From the NCBI GenBank assembly GCA_030838265.1, contig JAUTXA010000070.1:1-47759 (forward strand): DNA of 47,759 bases. The letters run 5' to 3'. This DNA comes from Actinomycetota bacterium. Its GTDB lineage: Bacteria; Actinomycetota; Acidimicrobiia; Acidimicrobiales; BP-101. Under the pieces are notes generated by a model that searched no databases, was not told the origin of the DNA, and saw only the letters and a program-made list of their open reading frames with translations. Position numbers and translations under genes: made by a program. Of the stretch, positions 25,224 to 33,093 are shown piece after piece; the stretch's first letter is position 1; each line of letters starts with the position of its first letter.

Positions 25224-25841
25224 GTGAGCGACGCATCTGGCGGGCCTGGCTGGTGGCAGGCGAGCGACGGCAAGTGGTACCCGCCGGAGCAAGCGGACCC
25301 AACGTCGGCCATGCCGGCCACAGAGGCGGCGGTCGTGGCCGCCGGGCGTCGCTGGAAGACCTGGCAGGTGGCACTCGTGGCCATTCTGGCGTTCATCATC
25401 GGAATCGCGGCCGGGAGTTCCACGAAGAAGACCGCAACGACCTCGGCCACCGGCACCACCGTGGCCGAGAACACCACGCTGGCCCCGACGACCACCGTCA
25501 CAACGGCAGCTCCCACAACCACGACAGCTCGACCCACGACGACCACGACGGCTCCACGAGGGCCGCGTCAGGTCGGCCAGTTCACGGGCTCGAGCAGCAA
25601 GCAGACGCCGACCTTCACCATCGACCCAGATGCCAAGTCGTGGACGATCGCCTGGAACATGACGGGGTCGGACAACAACAACATCACGCTGAAGCACCCG
25701 CCCGACGAGTACGACAAGCTCGTGGTGAACGAGATCGGGCCGACGAAGGACCAGTCGCAGTTCTATACGACCGGCACCTACTTCCTCGACGTCGGCGGCT
25801 CAGGGTCGTGGAGCATCACCGTGACGGAGTCGTTCACCTAA
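25224..25841 (+). CDS. single-pass membrane protein with Trp-rich N-terminal motif, Thr/Pro-rich linker and small extracytoplasmic domain
   Basis: GTG at 25224 with GGGGAG 8 nt upstream. GWWQASDGKWYPPE motif, TM WQVALVAILAFIIGIAAG, linker TTTVTTAAPTTTTARPTTTTTAP. No recognisable catalytic motif. Confidence 0.5.
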   Translation: MSDASGGPGWWQASDGKWYPPEQADPTSAMPATEAAVVAAGRRWKTWQVALVAILAFIIGIAAGSSTKKTATTSATGTTVAENTTLAPTTTVTTAAPTTTTARPTTTTTAPRGPRQVGQFTGSSSKQTPTFTIDPDAKSWTIAWNMTGSDNNNITLKHPPDEYDKLVVNEIGPTKDQSQFYTTGTYFLDVGGSGSWSITVTESFT

Positions 25842-25945
25842 ACGAGTGTCATCTCTCTGTCATCACGGTTGACGGACGCAGGCACCGTCAGACGGACGAG
25901 CCGTGGCATAGACAAGGCGACTACGCGTGAGGAAAACCGAGGGCT

Positions 25946-25995
25946 GCCCTTTCAAGGCGGCAGCACGGGTTCGAATCCCGTTGGGGGTGCCACGG
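25946..25995 (+). repeat. 50-bp direct repeat, copy 2 (tRNA-Glu 3'-half fragment; att-like)
   Basis: Identical to 23730-23779. It lacks the 5' half of the tRNA, so it is a fragment rather than a gene. Confidence 0.9.
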
Positions 25996-26007
25996 AGGCG
26001 TTTACTC

Positions 26008-26037
26008 GGTCTGCGCGACAGAGGGGCCCCGAGGGGC
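26008..26037. terminator. GC-rich perfect hairpin between the island end and the 3' end of the S8 protease gene
   Basis: GACAGAGGGGCC-CCGAGG-GGCCCCTCTGTC, a 12-bp stem. No clear U-tract on either strand. Confidence 0.45.
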
Positions 26038-26065
26038 CCCTCTGTCAGCGTCTTCGTGGTTCGGC

Positions 26066-28945
26066 TCAGATTTGCACGATGGTGGCGCTGGCCGACCTGA
26101 CGTTGCCGGCCTGGTCGTAGCCAGAGGCCTTGATCGTGTAGGTGCCGGGCAGCAGGTTGGTGGGCCCGCTGATGGTCCACGTGGCGGACGGAGTGCCACA
26201 GCCCGTGCAGGTCGCCGTCCCGTTGAAGACCTGCTTGTTGGTGACGTCGTACAGCTTGACGACCACCGAGCTGACCTGCCGGTTGTCGGTCGCCGCACCG
26301 GAGATGGTGAGGGCGTCACCCGGCAAGAACACGGAGTTCGTCTTGGGCTGACTGATGGTCACGTACACGCCGGCGGCATCGACATCGAAGGTGACCGGGG
26401 CCGAGGCCAGGCTCACGTTTCCTGCCGCGTCAGTCGCCGTCGCCGTGACGGTGTGGAGGCCCTCGGTCATGTTGGCGGCCGTGAACCATCTGCCGTCGGT
26501 CCCGGTCGTGGCGGTTGCCACGAGGTTCGCATCCTCAAGCACCCTGACGGACGACCCGACTTCCGCCGTGCCGCCGAGGATCGGCCGATATGCGTTCAGC
26601 GATCCGGACGACGGGGTGAGGATCACCGGTGCGTCGGGGGCGGTCACGTCGACCGTCTCCGGGACCACGACGGTCCGGATCACGTTCTCGCGGTGGACGC
26701 CGTCGAGGTAGAGCTTGGCCCGGACCGTGTACGTCCCCGCCGGCTTCGACGAGAAGTCGATGTCGCCGCTCCAGGTCCAGCTGGTGCCCGATCCGGAGAC
26801 GGTGGCGGGGAGGTCGGGCCCACCATTGACGGTGAGTGAGACGGCCGGCGCCTCGCCGGTCGTGCTGTAGTGGAACCCGTAGGGAGCGGCCTGCTGCGGG
26901 TTGCTCAGATAGGTCGCACCCAGGCCGCCCGGGGCGACGTCGGCGATGGTGCCGATCAGCGACGTGACAACCGCGTTGTGGGCCAGGCTATGGCCAGCGC
27001 CGCCGACGTAGGCCGAGTAGGGCACGAGGAAGTCGACGGTGTTGTTCGTCGCATCGACGTGCACGTCGGTCGCCGGAGCCTGATTCGTGGTGCTGGCGGC
27101 CGATGCCGTGGCGTGGGCGCCGGGCGCCACCAGCACGTTCGTCCACGCCTCGTTGCCGTTGACGTTCTGGTTGATGCGGAGCGTCACATTGGTATTGGGG
27201 CTGCCGGTGTCGGACACGTTGCGGACACCGATCGTGTAGCGCACGCCCGTCGGCTCCTCGCCGACGGTGAGGCCCGAGATGTCAGCGGCGCCGGGGCCGT
27301 TGTAGTCGCCGGCGTCGCCGGAGATGATCTGCCGGGAGGCCTCAGTGGTGTCGGCCGTGCCGGTGAAGGTCGTGGGACCTGACACCTCCGTGCCGGCCGA
27401 CGGGGAGTCGATGGCGATGCTCAGGGGCGAGATGCTGAAGCTGTTGGCGTGGTCGCCGCCCAGGGCGTCGATGGCGGCCTGCACGTCGGCCAGACCAGCG
27501 CCCTTGTCGAACGACGATGTCGAGCCCGGGTTCTGCGGGTCATCGACGTACGCACCGGGGTTGGCCGCGACCACCGGGATCTTGTGGGCCGTGGCCTGGA
27601 TCAAGGACTCGACCTGGGCGGGCGTGAGCAGCGGATTCTGCTGCAGGATCAGGGCCACGATGCCGGCCACGTGCGGCGTGGCCATCGAGGTGCCGCTCAA
27701 GCTGGCGTAGTAAGGCGACCATGCCGGCGCGGGACCGGTGCTGCAGATGGGCGTGGCGTGGTTGCACGTGGAGGTGATGAACGAACCAGGCGCCGCCACG
27801 TCGGGCCAGGTGGTGGCGTCGCTGGCCAGGCCGCGGCTCGAGCTGCTGTCGAGGACGCTGTCGCGTGCGCCGTAGGTGAGGTCGTCGTAGTTGGCGACCG
27901 CGATCACGCCCGGCGTGGGGTTCTTGGCGTCGCCGCTCATCGTGTCATTGCTGCCCTCGTTGAGGCTGTCGCCTGTCACCGCGTCGGAACCACCGTCGTT
28001 GCCGGCGGCGAAGAGCACCGTGATGCCCTTGCTCACGGCCTTGTCGACCAGCTTGGTGACCAGGCTCGAGGGATCGAAGGCGCAGCCGCCCGGGCAACCC
28101 CATGAGTTGGTGATGACCCGGATGTTCGGGGTGACCTTGTCCCAGTTGTCGATGACCCACTGGAACGACGAGACGGCCTGCTGGGTGATGATGCTGTCGC
28201 CCTCACCCGTGCCGAAGCCGTAGAGGCCGGCCTCGGGGGCAACGCCCTTGAAGTAGCCGTTCGAGGCTGAGCCGTCACCAGCGACGATGCCGGCGACATG
28301 GGTGCCGTGGCCGCTCGAGGTGTCGCTGTCCTGGGTCTCCTGGAAGGTGACCTGGTAGCACTGGTCAGCTTTGTCGCCGGAGCTGTTGACCAGCACCGGC
28401 GTGGCGCACACGACCTTGAAGTTCTTGACGACATGGTTCTTGAGGTCGGGGTGGGTGCCGTCGATGCCGGAGTCGATCTCGGCCACGCCGATGCCCTTGC
28501 CCGTGAGGATCTGGTTGCTGGCGTCGCGGTAGCGCCCGCCATAGACCGGGCTCTGGAGGGCCTCGACGCGCGTGGCGTAGCGGCTGTTGTCGAACATCTT
28601 GTAGGTGCGGTTGGGCTCGATGTAGCTCACCGCCCCGTCATGCTGCAGGGCCTTGAACTGGGCGGCGGTGCCCACCGCAAAGGCGGCGTCGACGTCAGAG
28701 AAGTCCTGGGTCAGCTTGAGGCCGTGGGCGGCGAGGACTGATGCCGGGCTGGCGCCGTGCACCACGTTGACGAAGGCGCCGATCGTGGCGCCGGGCTTGG
28801 CCTTGGCCAGCTGGGCGGCCAGGCTGCCTTCGACCCGCGGGCCGGGCTTGGCGGGCTGCGGTCCGGTCAGGGCGTGAGCACCAGTGATGCCCACCATGGT
28901 CAGGGCCGCCAGGGCGGCGGCCGCGATCGATCGGCGTCTGAGCAC
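26066..28945 (-). CDS. secreted subtilisin-family (S8) serine protease with C-terminal Ig-like domain array
   Basis: Track ORF trimmed to the GTG at 28945 (AGGAG 5 nt upstream). Signal peptide VLRRRSIAAAALAALTMVGITGAHA. Catalytic triad motifs VAEIDSGID (Asp), HGTHVAGIVAG (His) and GTSMATPHVAGIVAL (Ser). About 450 aa of beta-rich repeat domains follow. Confidence 0.85.
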   Translation of the reverse strand: MLRRRSIAAAALAALTMVGITGAHALTGPQPAKPGPRVEGSLAAQLAKAKPGATIGAFVNVVHGASPASVLAAHGLKLTQDFSDVDAAFAVGTAAQFKALQHDGAVSYIEPNRTYKMFDNSRYATRVEALQSPVYGGRYRDASNQILTGKGIGVAEIDSGIDGTHPDLKNHVVKNFKVVCATPVLVNSSGDKADQCYQVTFQETQDSDTSSGHGTHVAGIVAGDGSASNGYFKGVAPEAGLYGFGTGEGDSIITQQAVSSFQWVIDNWDKVTPNIRVITNSWGCPGGCAFDPSSLVTKLVDKAVSKGITVLFAAGNDGGSDAVTGDSLNEGSNDTMSGDAKNPTPGVIAVANYDDLTYGARDSVLDSSSSRGLASDATTWPDVAAPGSFITSTCNHATPICSTGPAPAWSPYYASLSGTSMATPHVAGIVALILQQNPLLTPAQVESLIQATAHKIPVVAANPGAYVDDPQNPGSTSSFDKGAGLADVQAAIDALGGDHANSFSISPLSIAIDSPSAGTEVSGPTTFTGTADTTEASRQIISGDAGDYNGPGAADISGLTVGEEPTGVRYTIGVRNVSDTGSPNTNVTLRINQNVNGNEAWTNVLVAPGAHATASAASTTNQAPATDVHVDATNNTVDFLVPYSAYVGGAGHSLAHNAVVTSLIGTIADVAPGGLGATYLSNPQQAAPYGFHYSTTGEAPAVSLTVNGGPDLPATVSGSGTSWTWSGDIDFSSKPAGTYTVRAKLYLDGVHRENVIRTVVVPETVDVTAPDAPVILTPSSGSLNAYRPILGGTAEVGSSVRVLEDANLVATATTGTDGRWFTAANMTEGLHTVTATATDAAGNVSLASAPVTFDVDAAGVYVTISQPKTNSVFLPGDALTISGAATDNRQVSSVVVKLYDVTNKQVFNGTATCTGCGTPSATWTISGPTNLLPGTYTIKASGYDQAGNVRSASATIVQI

Positions 28946-29138
28946 CGTCGCTCCTCTCGTTGTGTCCTTCTCCGTTGAAGGGGCACAGCGTCGGAGTCTT
29001 CGACCCCCCGATCCTTTCGCCCCCAGCACCTCTGGAGTTCGACAGCGCTTGACCGTTTCCTTCTTTTTGTTCTCTCACGCCGAGCCGACGCCTGGGAGGG
29101 CCCGACGGCAGGCCCGCTACACTCCGCAGGTCCACATT

Positions 29139-29213
29139 GGTCCTGTGGTGCAGTTTGGAGTGCACGCCGGCCTGTCAAGCCGGAGGTCGCGGGTTCAAAT
29201 CCCGTCAGGACCG
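29139..29213 (+). tRNA. tRNA-Asp (anticodon GTC)
   Basis: Acceptor GGTCCTG/CAGGACC, anticodon stem CCGGC/GCCGG, loop CTGTCAA, T-loop TTCAAAT. No encoded CCA. Confidence 0.85.
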
Positions 29214-29237
29214 CGCAGTAGCCTCACCGCTGCACAC

Positions 29238-29310
29238 GGTCGGGTAGCTCAGTCGGCAGAGCACGCGCCTGAAAAGCGCGGGGTCACCGGATCGACGCCG
29301 GTCCCGACCA
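29238..29310 (+). tRNA. tRNA-Phe (anticodon GAA)
   Basis: Acceptor GGTCGGG/CCCGACC, D-arm GCTCAGTCGGCAGAGC, anticodon stem CGCGC/GCGCG, loop CTGAAAA. The T-loop reads ATCGACG, which is atypical. Confidence 0.8.
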
Positions 29311-29318
29311 CTCACGTT

Positions 29319-30047
29319 TCACAATCCGATGCCCAGCACCCCTGCCAGCTGCGAGTGGTGGCTGATGACGTGATGGCCCTCGGGCTCGGGCTGGGTGTCG
29401 TCGTCGGAGATGCCGGTGTACCGCACAGCCACCATCCCCATCCCCAGGGCTCCAGCGATATCGGTGCGGCGGATGTCGCCGACGTGGGCCACCCGCTCGG
29501 GCACGGGGCCGCCGAGACCGGCGAGGGCGTGCTCGAAGATCACGGGTGAGGGCTTGAAGGCGCCGACCTCGTCGGAGAAGGACCAATGATCGAAGAGCGG
29601 CAAGATCTCTTGCTTGATGAGGTGCTCTCGAAGGACGGTCGACGGGGTGAACCCGACATCGCAGATGATGCCGATGCGCAGCCCGGCGTCCCTGAGGGTC
29701 TCGAGGCAGTCGACAATGCCCTCGGCCAGCCGCAGCTCGGCGTCACGGCCGGCGTGAGCGAAGGCATCGATCAAGTCGGCCTTGAGGTCGAGGGGGACCT
29801 GAAAGCCGAGCGCTTCGAGGGCATGCTCGGCCGCCTGGGCCGCTAGGAACTGCTGGTTCGCCGTCCACGACTCGACGAAGCGCTTCCAGGTCACGTCAAA
29901 GGCCGCCTCGAGCTGCGAGCGCTCGGCCGCGAAGCCGGCATCCTCGAGCAGCCCGGCCCAAGCATCCAACCGGCGCCCCCGTTGATGGCCGACCTCCTCG
30001 GACATCAACGTGTTCCAGAAGTCGAACGTCACCGCCTCGACCGCCAT
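29319..30047 (-). CDS. HAD-superfamily hydrolase (haloacid dehalogenase-like subfamily)
   Basis: Track ORF trimmed to MAVEAVTFDFWNTL (motif I DxWxT). Motif III is FKPSP and motif IV is HVGDIRRTDIAGA. Confidence 0.75.
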   Translation of the reverse strand: MAVEAVTFDFWNTLMSEEVGHQRGRRLDAWAGLLEDAGFAAERSQLEAAFDVTWKRFVESWTANQQFLAAQAAEHALEALGFQVPLDLKADLIDAFAHAGRDAELRLAEGIVDCLETLRDAGLRIGIICDVGFTPSTVLREHLIKQEILPLFDHWSFSDEVGAFKPSPVIFEHALAGLGGPVPERVAHVGDIRRTDIAGALGMGMVAVRYTGISDDDTQPEPEGHHVISHHSQLAGVLGIGL

Positions 30048-30058
30048 GTGGGCCTCGG

Positions 30059-31480
30059 TCACGGGGCGACGTGGGTGTGGGGAGCGCGGATCACGCCGTC
30101 GGCGTGAGCAGCGGCCGCCACTGCGGTCGCCACCAGCTCGACGACCTTCCGGTTGAAGACGCTCGGGATCACGTAGCCCGGCGACAGCTCGTCGTCGGGC
30201 ACGGCGTCGGCAATGGCAGCGGCCGCAGCCAGCTTCATGCCCTCGGTGATCTGGGTGGCGCCGGCGTCGAGGGCGCCGCGGAAGATGCCCGGGAAGCACA
30301 GGACGTTGTTGATTTGGTTGGCGTAGTCGCTTCGGCCCGTAGCCACCACCGCGGCCATGCCCTCAGCCTCCTCCGGGAGGATCTCGGGGACGGGGTTGGC
30401 CAAGGCGAACACGATGGGGTCGCGGTGCATGGCCCGCAGGTCGTCGCGCACGAGCAGGCCCGGCCCGCTGACCCCGACGAACACGTCAGCCCCGGGCATC
30501 ACCTCGTGCAGGGCGCCCTTGCGCTGCTCGGGGTTGGTGTTCTCGGCGTACCACCGCTTCGACGCGTCGAGGTTCTCCCGGCCGGAGTAGATCGCGCCCT
30601 TGCGATCGACGCCGATGACGTTCGGGACACCGGCCTCCATCAGGATCTTGGTGATGGCCACGCCGGCGGCGCCGACGCCGGCCACGACGATCTTGAGGTC
30701 CTCCATCCGTTTGTCGACGACCTTGAGGGCATTCCAAAGGGCAGCCAGCACGACGACGGCGGTGCCGTGCTGGTCGTCGTGGAAGACGGGGATGCCCAAC
30801 GACGACTTGAGCCGCTCCTCGACCTCGAAGCAGCGGGGGGCGGCAATGTCCTCGAGGTTGATGCCACCGAAGACGGGCTCGAGGCGCTCGACCGTCTCGA
30901 CCAGCTCGTCGGCGTCGTCGATCTTGAGGCAGATCGGGAAGGCGTCGATGCCCGCGAACTCCTTGAAGAGCATGGCCTTGCCCTCCATCACGGGGAGGCT
31001 GGCCTCGGGCCCGATGTTGCCGAGGCCCAGCACGGCGGTGCCGTCGGTCACGATGGCGACGGTGTTCTTCTTCACCGTGTACTTGTGCACCTCGGGCGGG
31101 TTGGCGGCGATGGCCAGGCAGACGCGGGCCACACCCGGCGTGTAGGCCATCGAGAGGTCGTCCCGGTTGGCGAGGGGCACCTTCGACCGAACCTCGATCT
31201 TGCCGCCCTCGTGCATGAGGAAGGTGCGATCGCTGGCGTCGACGACGGTGACGCTCTCGATGGCCTCGACCGCTTTGCGGATCTGGTCGACGTGGGCCTC
31301 GTCGACCGCGAACACGGTGATGTCGCGCGTGATCGAGTCGTGGGTGGCCTCGACGATGTCGAGGGCCGAGATGTCACCGCCGGCCTGTCCGATGGCCGTC
31401 GTCACCCGGCCCAGCATCCCCGGCTGGTTCGAGATCTCGAGGCGCAGGCGGACGGAATAGGAGGCGTTCGGGGTGGGCAT
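30059..31480 (-). CDS. NAD(P)-dependent malic enzyme with N-terminal ACT domain
   Basis: ATG at 31480 (MPTPNASYSVRLRLE). ACT-like segment NQPGMLGRVTTAIGQAGGDISALDIV. Malic-enzyme core has MAYTPGVARVC and the Rossmann motif VVAGVGAAGVAITKIL. Confidence 0.9.
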   Translation of the reverse strand: MPTPNASYSVRLRLEISNQPGMLGRVTTAIGQAGGDISALDIVEATHDSITRDITVFAVDEAHVDQIRKAVEAIESVTVVDASDRTFLMHEGGKIEVRSKVPLANRDDLSMAYTPGVARVCLAIAANPPEVHKYTVKKNTVAIVTDGTAVLGLGNIGPEASLPVMEGKAMLFKEFAGIDAFPICLKIDDADELVETVERLEPVFGGINLEDIAAPRCFEVEERLKSSLGIPVFHDDQHGTAVVVLAALWNALKVVDKRMEDLKIVVAGVGAAGVAITKILMEAGVPNVIGVDRKGAIYSGRENLDASKRWYAENTNPEQRKGALHEVMPGADVFVGVSGPGLLVRDDLRAMHRDPIVFALANPVPEILPEEAEGMAAVVATGRSDYANQINNVLCFPGIFRGALDAGATQITEGMKLAAAAAIADAVPDDELSPGYVIPSVFNRKVVELVATAVAAAAHADGVIRAPHTHVAP

Positions 31481-31637
31481 GTCGGTCTGCAACCTACCGG
31501 CGGCCGGGCCACTTTCCTCAACCGACGGCGGCGGCGTTTGCCCAGCGAGCAAGCGCGCGCCAGCCCGGCCTCGAAAGGCCGGGCTGGGGATGCGCGCTGG
31601 TCGTCGGTCCCCCGATGAGCCGACGACGGCAGGTGAG

Positions 31638-31835
31638 CTACAGGACTTCGTGCTCCATCTGTTCGAGGCAGCGACGGATCTCCGATGCCCTGAACCGACG
31701 ATGACCTCCGAGGGTGCGGATGGCGGTGATCTTGCCAGCGCGGGCCCAGCGGGTAACGGTCTTCGGGTTCACCCGAAAGAGGGCTGCGACCTCTGCGGGA
31801 GTTAGGAGTTGCTCTGGTGCGTTCTGTTCTGCCAT
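31638..31835 (-). CDS. bldC: BldC-like small MerR/excisionase-type HTH DNA-binding protein
   Basis: 65 aa from the ATG at 31835 (AAGGGA RBS). LLTPAEVAALFRVNPKTVTRWARAGKITAIRTLGGHRRFR closely matches Streptomyces BldC as I recall it. Confidence 0.8.
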   Translation of the reverse strand: MAEQNAPEQLLTPAEVAALFRVNPKTVTRWARAGKITAIRTLGGHRRFRASEIRRCLEQMEHEVL

Positions 31836-32016
31836 GGGTTGTCCCTTCGGTGTGTCCCTTTCGTCCGTCAAGGTAAGTCAGACCCTTATCGCCGTCGATA
31901 GCCCTCTGGGGTCATTTCTTCCCCCCGATCGGACTAGTCATGCCCTGTTCAGGCACAGATGCGGACAGCGAGGGGGCCGGGGGCGGCCGGCCAACCCGCC
32001 CGGTAACCTCGAAAAC

Positions 32017-33093
32017 GTGCAGCTCTTCGATCGACTGGCGGCCGACGACTACGAGCAGGTTGTCTTCTGCCAGGACAACGGGACCGGCCTGCGGGCCATC
32101 ATCGCCATCCACGACACCACCCTGGGCCCCGCGCTCGGGGGCACCCGTTTCTTCCCGTACGGCTCCGACGACGAGGCCCTCGACGACGTGCTGCGCCTGG
32201 CCAAGGGCATGTCCTACAAGTCGGCTGCCGCCGGGCTCGACTTGGGCGGGGGCAAGGCGGTCATCGTGGGCGACCCGGCCAAGGTGAAGACCGAGTCCCT
32301 GCTGCGGGCCTATGGCCGCTTCGTCGACGCCCTCGGGGGCCGCTACATCACGGCCGAAGACGTGGGCACGACGCAGGCCGACATGGATCTCATCCGCCGC
32401 GAGACGCGCTGCGTCACCGGCGTGAGCCGGTCGCTGGGCGGGTCGGGCGACCCCTCGGCCGCCACCGCCTACGGCGTGATGCACGGCATGAAGGCGGTGG
32501 CGAGCAAGCTTTGGGGCGACACCAGCCTGGCCGGCCGCCACGTGGTGGTGAGCGGTGTCGGCAAGGTCGGGTACAGCCTCGTCCGCCATCTGGTCGAGGA
32601 GCGAGCCCGCGTCACGGTCACCGATGTCGTGCCCGCCGCCGTCGAGCGAGCCGTGAAGGACTTCGGCATCGAGGCGACACCCGTCGACAGCGCCCACCAG
32701 GTGGCGTGCGACATCTACTCCCCGTGTGCGATGGGCAAGGCCCTGAGCCCGGTCACCATCCCCGAGCTGGCCTGCACGGCGGTCGTGGGCAGTGCCAACA
32801 ACCAGCTGGCGGACGAGACGTGTGCTCCTCTTCTCGAGGACAAGGTCGTGGTCTATGCCCCCGACTACATCGTCAACGCCGGCGGGGTGATCAACATCGC
32901 CGAGGAGCTCGTCGGCTACCACCGAGAGCGGGCCTACTCCAACGTCCGGCGCATCTTCGACACCACCCTCGCCGTGCTCGATACCGCCGAGAACGAGGGC
33001 ATCACGACCGCCCTCGCCGCCGACCGGGTAGCCGAACGACGCATGGTTGAGCTGGCCCGCATCCACCAGATCCGCACGTTCCACGAGAGGTGA
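32017..33093 (+). CDS. leucine/valine dehydrogenase (Glu/Leu/Phe/Val dehydrogenase family)
   Basis: GTG at 32017 (VQLFDRLAADDYEQVVF). Motifs GPALGGTRFFPY, LDLGGGKAVI (catalytic Lys) and NAD-binding VSGVGKVG. Confidence 0.85.
   Translation: MQLFDRLAADDYEQVVFCQDNGTGLRAIIAIHDTTLGPALGGTRFFPYGSDDEALDDVLRLAKGMSYKSAAAGLDLGGGKAVIVGDPAKVKTESLLRAYGRFVDALGGRYITAEDVGTTQADMDLIRRETRCVTGVSRSLGGSGDPSAATAYGVMHGMKAVASKLWGDTSLAGRHVVVSGVGKVGYSLVRHLVEERARVTVTDVVPAAVERAVKDFGIEATPVDSAHQVACDIYSPCAMGKALSPVTIPELACTAVVGSANNQLADETCAPLLEDKVVVYAPDYIVNAGGVINIAEELVGYHRERAYSNVRRIFDTTLAVLDTAENEGITTALAADRVAERRMVELARIHQIRTFHER

Larger units (their letters stand above)
23780..25945 (+). mobile_element. putative tRNA-Glu-integrated mini-island or island remnant (no integrase)
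   Basis: Bounded by the perfect 50-bp tRNA-Glu 3'-half repeat. Intergenic DNA and codon third positions are visibly more A/T-rich than the flanks. Carries two genes. Confidence 0.5.
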
